The notes under the pieces are model-generated. The model ran no database searches. It had not been told where the DNA came from and saw only the letters and a program-made list of their open reading frames with translations. A program made the position numbers and the translations under genes. A stretch of DNA of 63,907 nt, counting the filler, from Choristocarpus tenellus KU-1152 (lineage: Eukaryota; Protista; Phaeophyceae), in the NCBI GenBank assembly GCA_964200185.2. It is 10 parts of 10 records of this genome, joined end to end, with 100 filler letters (N's around TTAATTAATTAA, not from the genome) between each part and the next. Parts side by side here need not be neighbours in the genome. Positions count along the whole stretch, not along the records: positions 1 to 8,022 come from CAXNAD020005262.1; positions 8,123 to 16,084 come from CAXNAD020005334.1; 8 more parts are not named here. One strand, given 5' to 3'. Shown here piece by piece: positions 1 through 11,019 of the stretch. How positions within the stretch are numbered: position 1 is the stretch's first letter; each line of letters starts with the position of its first letter.

Positions 1-968
1 ACTGACCATGATTGAAGAGCAGGGGAGAGAGATGTATATGCTATTATTATTTACAGTGTCCACACATGGACTACCCCCCTTAAAATACTACTGTTCTTAC
101 ATAGGGCACACCATACAACCAATGTTTCTGAGGTGTGATGTTGCTCTCATGCAACACTCATGCCCCCAAGTATGCCTTAATAGTCATGAATGAAGCCTCA
201 CAGTGGTGTGACAGAGGAAGTTGTCATCTTGGATGCACTGCCCGCAACCCAATGAAATTTCCCTATATACAAATGTATCGTTTTGGACAAAACAAATCAG
301 GCATGAACAGAGTCCAGTAGGGGTGGAGCAACAGCTAAAGAGAGTCAGGGGGGCACTTTTCCCCCCCTTGCTCTTCAAACGGGGAACTTGCATTCCGATT
401 CAGGGGCTTATCTTGCATGTTCCCTGGGTTAGCCTTCAGTCCATGCTGTTCAATTCTGTATGATGGCTATGGATTGCTGTTGTGATGACGGAAAAGCATG
501 TACTCCAGAGTTGTAAGTATAGGTAGCAAGGGTTGAAGTAGACAAAACATTCACAATGGGAATGTCTTGGAGACGATTCGCAACTACTGTGTTATTTATT
601 CATGTCATCCACTATGGCTCTTTAGAATGAAAACTTTTCAGATGTGAACTGTTGTATATTTATTGAAGTACTGTATTGTAGAAATGGATCAAATAATGGA
701 TGTTGACTCCCACCAAATCCTACTCCACTCCCCACTCCCTTCACTAGCAGCTTGGTCATGTTGGCGTTTTTACCTTCACAAGAAAGGTCAAGGAGAGGGC
801 AACACAAAAAAGGTTTTGGGGGGATGGAAGAGTCGGGGAAAAATGGCACAAACATACAAAAGGCACGCACATGCCACCTCATCTCAGCAACACCTTGCAC
901 CACAGAGTGAAGGTGATGAATCACACAGAGAAAATATACAAATGACATTCCACTCTACTTCAACATTT

Positions 969-3042
969 TTACCATGGCATGTGGGGCAGGGTGTGAGACA
1001 TATTGAAAGGTAGGTTCATGTGTTCACTTTGAGCAAGAAAAAAAGTAGCCCACAAAAGTAAATCGGATTGTGGGAATTCCATATGTACCTTGATTGTGAA
1101 GGATACTGCAGGGAGTACAGATGCCTCCCCGCTCTCGTTGACAAAGTCAGCCCTCACAGCTGCTATCATCCCAAGGTTCGCAAGGGCTCCCCGGACCAGG
1201 CCACACGGAAAGTGCAAAAGGCGACCAACAAGGTCTCTACTTCCAGGCGTATCATCTAAACAGCGGAGAAACAAGTGATAAAGGTGATGAATGCATATGC
1301 AGGGGACACAGGGGGGCAGTAAGAACTGAGATGTGATTTGCTTGTATGGCAACCCCTTCTCCTAACCTCCACACGTGAGCACAAACTAACTCATTCCACC
1401 GAAATTGCACTCAACAGGGTTGAAATACCATGAACAATCTGTTGATTGAACATTTAATATGTGCCCCGTATGCCAAACTCATGTGGAACAAGGTGTAAGC
1501 TAAGTACAATAATATCCTTCCAATTTGTATGATTTAGATCACTTTTCACTCTTGGAAAGCTTTTCGTGGTAGATCTGGGATTAACACACTTCTCTAACCC
1601 CCCCACCCATTCAAGCTAACTCATAATTTTGTTCACCTGAGGCATATCGCAGAGTCCAGAGGAAGTTTGCATCCTTAAGAACAAAGGTGCCCCGGTGATC
1701 GGTCTGAAGTTTATCTACCTGCTTTTTGAAAAGCTGGTTGAGGCCACCCATGTTTGAGGAATCCAATGTGTGCCCAGATTGTGCATGGATGAATCAAAAG
1801 ATTGTTGGTACACACCATGCATGGGGAAGGAAGATATTTAGTCAGTAGGGACTACAAATATATTCCTTGGTTTAGTGTGTATAGTCCCACAAATCATACA
1901 ACCTAGTGCCTCCGTCAAACCTGCACCACACCAAGCCCCCCACGCCCTTAAACTTGCCTCAAGCTCTGCCCAGTATCCCCTTTCCCCACCTGACGTCAAT
2001 TTGATGTCCATTCTGACTCCCTCACCTCAACCCACAAGTCTTTGCAGACAAATTTGATAGCCTCAAGGTGATCACCGGCCATCCAACGTTGCTGGCATGT
2101 CCTCTCCACCAAACGATAGCCCACCTCATATCCCATGCTTTCAATGCGCCCCTCCATTGCATGAGCCTGCTCTGCCTGTGGTTAGCATGTGTGCAATACT
2201 GCGTTTGTTAACCCGACGCAGGTTCGTTGCTGAAAGAGACTACTGATGGAATGCTGCGCTGTTGTGCATTGTGAACAATGCGAGCGTTTAGAGGAGTTCT
2301 CTGCAGGAACTGGAATAACCTATTTTGATGGAGCGGAACTAAGAGTAGAGTGTGGAGGGGGATGCAAGCTTGCCAGTATTTCCGTAGAGGAAAGATCACA
2401 TTATATTTGATCGAATTCGTTGAAAGATAGATATTGGAGGTATTGAACCTGCCTGACTCATCCACCGTTACTACTGTGGAAGAGATGGGGGGGCAGAGGG
2501 TAAAGGTTGCTATAGTGTCACCTCCAACAGGACCGCAACAAAGAAATTAGATGTGTGTTATCTTCGTAGATCAACCTTGTAGGTGCCCATCGAACTCGCC
2601 TGCTGCCTCCTTGCCACTTAAAAAAGACGGCCCCCTACCCTAGAAGTTTTGAGTCACCCAGTCAATGATTCTATATACATGTTAATACCAGAAACACCGA
2701 GTTTCACCAAACTCATGTCATACACAATCGATGTTGCGAGGCTTATTTATCTCCAACCAATATAGTCTCAGCGTTCACCGGCAAGGGGGCATCTCCGATT
2801 CCCAAGGCTGCAGAGCTTCGATCGATCAACCCTGTCTCACCAGAATCGGTAACAGCACCATCTCTACGGTCCACCCCATTTCCCATCATTCCCTCCAATC
2901 CCCCAGCTTGGTGACTGGCGGTGTGAGCGACATAAGACCCAGTGTAAGCCACTATCTCAGAGAAGAGCACATCGAAGGCGGCGTCAGACACTAATCGTCT
3001 TGGGTTATCATCACTCCCCAGTCCGGCATTAGTGCCAGACAT
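969..3042 (-). CDS. TRAPPC6: Trafficking protein particle complex subunit 6 (Trs33/TRAPPC6), spliced
   Basis: Phase-compatible GT-AG exons: 3042-2779 (MSGTNAG...RLVSDAAFDVLFSEIVAY...), 2175-2026 (AEQAHAMEGRIESMGYEVGYRLVERTCQQRWMAGDHLEAIKFVCKDLWVE), 1733-1637 (LFKKQVDKLQTDHRGTFVLKDANFLWTLRYAS) and 1255 onward (DDTPGSRDLVGRLLHFPCGLVRGALANLG...LPAVSFTIK). These match the Trs33 motifs HLEAIKFxCKD, FKKQxDxLxTxHRGxFVL and FPCGxxRGALxNLG. The 3' end is uncertain: either read-through to the stop at 969 or a donor at 1088. Confidence 0.9.
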
Positions 3043-3899
3043 GGAGTGCAAGCAAAGGGCACTTTCTCCCTTTAGCTGGTCCTCGTCCCCTCACTCAGTT
3101 GGGAACAAGGTTACTCTGTTGGTTTGTCAAGTTCGAATTGATATCCTCCCTATCTCATATATACCGATCAGGAGAGGACGACGGTATGATGTTTTGTTCA
3201 ACATCTACCATCATGTATTGGAACCACTAGTGTCTGTCTTCCTTGAGCGTTGAACTTGGTGACCATTTTGGTCGAGGCAGTGCTCTCTACTCTATTCCGG
3301 TTCCATCCCTAAATTGAAAGCCTTGTTGCATTGACGCTTCACTCCCCTCTTCTACGTAGGTTTTAGCCAAACTAGAAGTACTTGAGGAGTCATGGGCGTT
3401 AAGATGCTGCCCATGGCTTTGCTCACCATCGTCGGCATTGGGGACTTTGAGGTGTGTAACAATGGACCATGATTACCTTCATCTCAATTAATTATGTGGG
3501 AGGTTCTGCATCAGTACGGCCTGCAACTTGGCCAAGGTTCCTGTAGCTGGTGTCGAACCAAGTCCTGCCTCTGAGTCGTCTACTCCCTTCGTGTCTCCAC
3601 TCTTAGCATGCTGACTCTCTCCACGACTTCTCCTGTGCCCAGGGTAGCAAGGCTTTCATTGCTCCAAGAGTGACGATAAGGCCGAAAGTTGCCTCCCACT
3701 GTGTCGGAATTTGTGAGGTCCCGAGGCGTCAGTCCATTGTACCTGCAACCATGGTCACAACCGAGGAGAGCCTGAAGATCGAGGAACTCCGTTTCCTTAC
3801 ACCGGAGGTAAGCGAGAGCTAACTCTCCCGCATTGCTGGTCCATTCCCCCCCCCCCCTATTTGACACTCTGGCTGTCCTACTTTTGTTGAAACTAGTAT

Positions 3900-4850
3900 A
3901 GACAGTAAGGTGTCCCATCTCTTTCGTGGTTGTGATTCCTAGCCTTCCAATTGAATTGCATAGGCATGGGTGATGACGAGTATTCGGACTGGTTTGATAT
4001 CAGGCAGGACCATCTTCTGTGGTGTGTTCCTGCCCCCATCTTCAGTATCTTCCTCACTGCAGTGCTAAGCATAGCGGTCGAGGAGTTCAACGCTGACCCG
4101 GTCATCTCCAATGACCTTGTTGTCATGAATGGGACTGAGAGAAACAACGAGGCCAAAGAAGGAGCTACAGGGAGTAGGGTAGCACTTGAGCAACGCCTGT
4201 GGGGTATGCCCTATGATGATGATGCAAGCATTATGTCTCAAGTATCGAGAAAGTCTGACCATGATGACAGTGATTGTGAAGGGGGCTAGAACATTCTGGC
4301 TGGCCATATTTAAGTTGAAGATGGAGACCACCCACCTTCGACCTCCAAATAAGACCGCGAACATCATGAAAATTTGGTTGTTCTGTTAGGCCAGAGCTAC
4401 ATATAGACTGACGATTTCGTTTTCCTTGCAGACACCATCCGTGATGTAGGTGACCGGTGAGAGCGCCCAACAGGATATGTAAGCCTGAGGCTGTTTCCAC
4501 GAGTACAGGCAAATGCTATGTGACAGACCCATGGGTTTATAACTTGAGCTCAATATTTGCATGCTCAAGGCTAAAGAAGATGAGGTTCTGTTGTATGGTT
4601 GTGTGACATGGAGACCCCACCAGGTTCATATGAAGCTTCCATCTCGTCATCTCAAATTATTTCCACCCTACATCGGATTTCAAAAACGGGAGCGCACCGA
4701 ATATGCTCATTCTCCTATATGATTGATTCCCTTTTTAAGATTGAGTGCAATGGCATCAAGGCCACTGTACAAAAGCAGACACTCCCAACCCCATGGTCAG
4801 TTACACACATGGAGTATGTATGAATGACTGACTCCCCAAGGTGTTAACAT
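3900..4850 (+). mobile_element. Degenerate RTE-type non-LTR retrotransposon, reverse transcriptase and C-terminal region
   Basis: DDEYSDWFDIRQ...CVPAPIFSIFLTAVL...RLWGMPYDDDASIMS is a decayed form of SDWFDVxQGLRQGCVLAPLLFNIFF...LWGMLYADDAGIVS. Downstream MLKAKE.EVLLYGCVTW is typical of RTE LINEs. Frameshifts and stops are present. Confidence 0.8.
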
Positions 4851-5724
4851 CGTGGTGGCTTGACTTGATATAAAGCAGAAGCAAGGTGGACAGGAGAAGA
4901 AGTAGTGGATGTGTGTGCCTGTAAGAGGACCTCTAAAACTTTGGGATCGTAGTTGAGGGATGGAATACAAGGGCAATAAACTGATACAAAAGAAGGTAGA
5001 GGTAGTGTGTTGTTGATGTGAAAGGTTTGCTGGACAAATCCAGTGTGAGAAAAGGCTGTGAAAGTTGACGTGCGTAATGTCAAAAGAGCAGCCAAGATAG
5101 TCCAAGCAGATCAGGGCACGTGTGCAATCGCTGCTGTCTGCTGAATGTTGCCTTCTCGTTCTTGTCTATTTCCTCCTCTGTTGGTTGTGGTGGCATTCCT
5201 CTTTCCTTTTTACGACAAGTGGGTTGGATGGACCGATTTTGTTGCACAGACTTCTTTGGGAAGGTTTTCCCCTTTCTTCATAAGTCCTCTTAATGTTGTT
5301 GAAGTCAATGGCATACTGTCCAACCTATCAGATGCCTGTGCGGTACATGTGGATGTTTCCCTTCACTGACTTAGGGTTAGGGTTTTCCTTTCTTTTTTTT
5401 ATGTACTTCTGTAGTGTGTTGTAGGAATTTCTCGAGGTATTGTGTTATTATTATTTTTTCCCTCTGATTACCTTTCAACCTCAGGTCTCTGGTACCCCTC
5501 TGACAAACAGCACAAAAGTGAAAAAAAATATATAAATAATAGTATGATAAAAGTAAAATAACAGTACACGATGACTCCCAGACTGCAACTCCAATTACCA
5601 TTACATGATCTCTAAGACCCGCCAGTCAATCACATGATATTAGACAAACAACTACCGTCACATCACCCATGATATTTCATTTCAACATCTCTGGTTCATT
5701 GTTTACCTGTGGTGGGAGGTCAGA

Positions 5725-7701
5725 CAGCAGAGGCGGCAAGGTCTTTGGTAGGCACCCCTGCCTATGTGTATGACATGGCGTCTCTCAAGGCCAACGCGAA
5801 AAAGTGCCTCGACTTTCCAAGCATGTATGGTCTGACTGTTCGCTTTGCCATGAAGAGTCTTCCCACCAAGGCTGTCCTTCAGTTGTTCGACAGGTATTTT
5901 TAGAAAAGATACGTATGTATATATTTTATTTTTTGATGGAGGGGGGAGGGAGGGGGGGGGGCATCTTTTTTCCTTCACCGGTAGTTGGTTGAGGGTGCTT
6001 GCCTTTTTGCCACTCTAGAGAGTATACATCACTGTCAGGAACAATCATAACTGTGTGTGTGTGTGTGTGTGTGGCATTACCCACGAAATTTTGTTTTTAG
6101 AAGGTTGTAATAAAACTTGGGTGGTGTTTTGTGTGAAGAGTGGTGAAGGAGACGAGTTGCTGTGTATGATACACCTTAGAACAAAACACTTTTTTTTTTG
6201 TAAGAAAAGCATACTCAACTGTTAAAAGTGTTTGCGATACATATTATTTTTCCCCAAGGTGCCTGGAGTGTGTTGGTGTGATGATGCCACTGGGGGGGAA
6301 GGTAATTATTTTACCATTACCGCCTTACACACTGCAACTCCTCAGCACAGTGAAAATCCTAACCCCAACCACTATGCAAGAAAATAATAAAAAGAGATGC
6401 ATCACCACTGTGGCAAGTCCTGCCGTGAGTGGGCATGTTAGGAGGTACCTCTGCTTTTATCTCCCTCTCTCTAATGAACTAATTAATTTGCATACAAATT
6501 GCAAGAACGTTCTTGCTTTTTTATTTTTTCTAGCATTAGGCATATCAAAACAGGTAAATACAGCAGCATGAAACACGCACACCCCTCCCCCCACTACCCC
6601 ACCCCCACTCCGAAATAAAAAACACGTTCTTTTTCTTCGATGTGTTTTTTATTGTTTTGTGTTTTGAACAGTATGGGAATACACTTTGACTGCAGCAGTG
6701 GATGGGAGGTGCGGAGAGCTATCGCTGCAGGGGTGTTCCCAGAAAAGCTGTCCCTGAGGTTTGTGGAAGGGACTACTTGATAAGTGAAGGCTGTGTGTAT
6801 TCTGGGTATGTCCTGAGTTGCAGGGGACAGGGGACGGAGCCGTTTGCTGGACACGGAGCTTGGTAGGGGCCATGATGGGGATCGATGAAGAGGTTTTCCT
6901 GGGAGAAAAGGCAGGGTTGGAATCGCAGAGGGTATTCTAAGGCGGGCATTATTGATATTGTCAGACTTTTCAGATAGATTGTGTTGTGTTGATTTGTATG
7001 GGCTATACATGTCACTCCCAACACAGGGAAAGGATGATTTTGCCTCACTATTTTTTATTTGTTTTATGTTGTGCGCGTGTCGCCTATTGGCAATTTGTTG
7101 GTAAACCTGTGAAATCGCCCTTTGTCTATTGATATGTACATCTTGATTCTTCATCTTGATTGTGAGGCAGAAGTGCTGAAACGATTGGTGCCCTTAAGAG
7201 GTTACTTTTTGAAGCATGTGTCGTTCTGCATTGACAGTTTCAACGCCAGAGAATCAGTCATGGCACGCCTAATAGGTTAATATAGAACTATTGATGCCAC
7301 ATACTACAGTCACAAGTACTACCTTTGTCTGTGATTCCTTCCTCCTGCACCCCAATCGGTAACCCTAGCCCTGACGCTAAACCTTAATAGTACCGCCTAC
7401 CCCCCAACCGCCCCTCCCCTGCTTGCGCTTGTGTCCCTGCCTTTGACCTTGAACTCCCTTCCCCCCTCTGCCCCCTGACTTGGTTCTGTTCATGTACTCT
7501 CATTGGGCAGCACACAAGAGCTCCCATCTGACTTCAAGCAACTCCTGTCACTAGGTGTTGAGATTAACGCTTGTTCCCTGAGCCAGCTAACAAGGTTGGG
7601 GAAGGAAGCTCCGGGGTCCTCCATAGGTGTGCGGTTCAACCCTGGTCTGGGTTCTGGTGGAACTAAGAGAACTAATGTGGGAGGACCATCTTCTTCTTTC
7701 G
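5725..7701 (+). CDS. lysA: Diaminopimelate decarboxylase, 5' part (truncated by contig end)
   Basis: Exons ~5725-5893 ([47 protein letters not shown]), 6672-6758 ([28 protein letters not shown]) and 7511-7701 (TQELP...INACSLSQL...[27 protein letters not shown]). Phases are compatible. Carries the PLP lysine motif FAMK and the DxSSxxE, RxNP and SxFG motifs of group IV decarboxylases. A possible targeting-peptide exon begins at ATG 5145 (unverified). Confidence 0.88.
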
Positions 7702-8022
7702 GTGGGTTGCTACAGAACAGCTGTTAGGGTTAGGGTTAGGGTTAAAGTGTGTTGGAGGTTGCTTTGAGGCTTCAAACATGGAGATGCGGACTGGGTTGAG
7801 GAGGAGGAGGAGAGGGCTGGTAGTATGGAGGTGTCCGTGGAATTAGTGATGAAGTTACTTTTTTGTTTTGATACAGGGTTATAGGGTTAGGGTTGAGGTG
7901 CTTTCGTGTTAATAGTGAGTAGAATATCAGTGGGGGGGGGGGAAGGGGGGGGGGGGGGGGAAGAATTTTGTGGGGGGTTTTTGGGGGTGGGGTTGGGACG
8001 GTAGGTACGGGGGGGGCGGAAA

Positions 8023-8122
8023 NNNNNNNNNNNNNNNNNNNNNNNNNNNNNNNNNNNNNNNNNNNNTTAATTAATTAANNNNNNNNNNNNNNNNNNNNNN
8101 NNNNNNNNNNNNNNNNNNNNNN
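8023..8122. other. Artificial contig linker (N-run, TTAATTAATTAA, N-run)
   Basis: Identical 100-bp six-frame-stop linkers at 8023, 16085, 28609, 33063, 36203, 49270, 52851, 57050 and 61251. Contig ends mostly fall in poly-G/C runs or MITE copies. Confidence 0.98.
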
Positions 8123-8192
8123 CCTTTCCTGGTTTTGGCCCAAACGGTCACCCTGGTGTAGACCGCCCCCCCCCCCCCAGATACTTTGGGTC
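8123..8192 (+). mobile_element. Terminus of type-B non-autonomous element (ACCCTGGTGTAGA-polyC-AGATACTTTGGGTC)
   Basis: The same terminus occurs at 14161-14200 and 28709-28744, and in reverse at 16068-16084 and possibly 36186-36202. The last 14 bp resemble the TIR of the 260-bp MITE (AGATACTTTGGCTC). Confidence 0.65.
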
Positions 8193-10535
8193 ATCCGTCC
8201 CTCACACGCGTAACTGATACACGGTCGTTGAGTGACTTGACATTTTTTTGCATTTGCAGATTGTGTACAGGTCATGTGCAAGTAGGAGAGGGCACTAGCA
8301 GAAGTCCAACACTCGATGCATGAATAATCTTTTCACCTGACGTGTTAGCACGGGAGATCTCAGTCTTCAATAAAGTTAGTACCAAGGAAGGGGGGAGGTG
8401 CAAACATGAAGCAAATACATAATTGTAACCGCCAAAATCTCAATAGACACTGATGAACCATGGATTGGTCAGGGCCAAGAGAGATGTATTCTAAAGGTGG
8501 GTATGATTTTGATACAGTATTATGCAACCGTCATGATTGAGCCTTCAAGGCAACCTCATTATGTTTTAATACAGTGCGTTCATGGGGGACAGAGGAACCA
8601 ACAACGATAACTGATGATCCGATATGCTTCGAAAAACATTAACCATTACCATTATACTAATAGAAGTAACGTATTGAAGAATCCAAAGCATTCTCCCACT
8701 GATACTTCCTTACTCTTCTATAAGTACTTATATCTCTCAAGGAGTGTGAATTTTCGCCTTTGTACTACCTTCGACGACTGGTTTGCTGGGATCCCTCAGG
8801 CTACTGTCGAAAAAAAGTGAGCACATACTGTCTGTACTCTTTGTCTTTTCGAAATATCAAAATACCGAAATATAGTTTCTCGCTGTACTTGATACAGACT
8901 ATACAGTTGTCCCATGGATGTAGGGCTTTATGTTAGTTGTCCTCTTACAGTTTGCAGATGTAATCACCTTGTCATGAAAAAAAAGGGTTGGGGAAAGAGA
9001 TATCAAACAACCTTTATCATATTATGCACCAACGTTTCCCAGAGGTTGTCATACATATTACGGGGACTCTACCACACTCTATCGTAATCGTAGAACGATT
9101 AACAGATAACTCAGCTACGTAGGTTATCCCGTTTCCAGATTTGATTTTCCATTTTAATGAATAACCAAAGAATGCACCAAAACAACATGGAACGTGCTTG
9201 ACTGTCTTTCTCCATTTTTTGTATGCTTCAGTTACTATGCCACACCTCTAGATACGTGTATAAATCGATTTTAGAGGTCAAAGTTTCATATTCAAATTGT
9301 AGCGCATGCTTTTTTTAACCGTTGGGCGTTTAAGGGGTCTATTTATCACAGACCATTATTATTATTAATTGTGAATAGTACCACCTACGTATCATTTGAG
9401 TGTTTGAATCACCCCCTACACTGTAGTAATAATAAATATATATATATATATTATACATATAATTCATCAACCACCAATGGCGTCATTGTTGCAGCAGCTG
9501 AGCCCCGAGAGCATCATAATAACTACAAGGGATATTCCCACTCATAGTTTTAACCTCAACACCATCGTCATAGAAGGCTTTGGGGTCTTAGTACACAGTC
9601 AGAAAAAAATCTAGATTAGGTACGGGCTCGTCATGTTGTACATGGTGGGGAGGATTTTATCAGTAGTAAGAGAGGGGTGAAAGCACACCTACTACAATAT
9701 TGAATAAGCTACTACTCAACGGGCAAACTCCAGACGAGTGTTACGTTTCAAACGATAAGACTCCAGGTCGATGAGGTAGTAGAGACTACACGGATTCGTG
9801 GAATTCTTCTCTTAATTCTATCTTGTGTTCATTCACAAAGCAAATGTAAAAGGTGTTTTGCTTTTACATGGACTACAACAAATGTGGTTGGTATTCGTTG
9901 AGGATGATATATTAGTATTCCTCTCCTGTTGTTTACATAGTACAATATTTTCTTCTTCAGTCTCTATTGTGTTACTAGTTTTATCTTCTTTCCTTTATAA
10001 ATTATTGGTTTTCCTATTAATAAATTAATCACAACCTGTGCAATATGTCTCCTAACATGGGTATGCATGCCAATATATGTACATGACATAATATCAACAA
10101 GGTATGATGCAATAAATTGTAGTAGGTGTATGTATGGTAAGTGTTTTTTAAGATATCCTTCGATTTCTATAATTGTAAACTGTAGAAAGTACCCTTCTAC
10201 ACACAATTAAATTAGAACCACATGAACCGAACAAATACAAATTATATAAACACTTGTAAAGAACCTTTGATCTTTCTTCCATATCCTTGCCAATAAGAGT
10301 AAGTTTTTGCTCAAAGTTCTCCGTCACTCACACCTCACCATCTTAACATAGTATACCATATTGTAACTTCAAAGTAATAAACAGGAGGGTTCGTAGAATC
10401 CTTTTTAACAGCAATAAGGTCCTAATCTAATATCCAACTTTGACCGTTCATGTCTACAACGGGGAGGATATGGAATCTAATCGATCGTTATCGCATCCTT
10501 CGTTTCGTTGCATGTGTCAGTTGATTTGTTGTTGC

Positions 10536-10543
10536 TATAAAAA
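10536..10543 (+). promoter_or_regulatory. Candidate TATA box for the LPMO gene
   Basis: CTATAAAAAGGG lies ~480 bp upstream of the ATG. A splice acceptor (CCTTGCAG) sits immediately before the ATG, implying a 5' UTR intron. Confidence 0.35.
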
Positions 10544-11019
10544 GGGACGAAGTCTAAGTATGTTTCAGTTCACCTCCAACCCCCGTTCTTTCTCTAACTC
10601 TGAGTATCTTCCAAATTGGCACAGAAGGAAGACTTCTCTTACACAGATTCACTTCTTCTGCTAGGCACAAAACGATCATTCAGCAATACAGCAAGTGAGG
10701 ACGGGGAGCCACAACGTCGAGAAATTTGTGTACTAAGCCGTCTACACCAATACTTTCCCTTCTCCAGCTCGACTCTTATTGGGGTCGTGAACCCATTCGT
10801 TGACGACATATTTTTCACCATCTTGTCCTTGATCTCATCTTACACAACCTTTTCATATCCCTCGCACTTGTCCTTCTGGAGGGAGCAATTTGAACGTTGC
10901 TGCTGCAGAACAGCAACATCTCACGAACACATCGTTTAACCTGAGATTGTCACGCTTTTTATTTTCATACACACACTGCACTCGTCTACACTTTTGTCGA
11001 TTCGACTGTACCTTGCAGG

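Noticed and set aside
6594-7154. 186-aa minus-strand ORF
   Set aside because: Antisense to a lysA exon and introns, with no recognisable motifs.
7723-7744. TTAGGG arrays as true chromosome ends
   Set aside because: Only 2-4 units, internal to introns, and in both orientations.
8067-8078. Recurrent palindrome TTAATTAATTAA
   Set aside because: Always embedded in fixed-length N runs. It is an artificial six-frame-stop linker.
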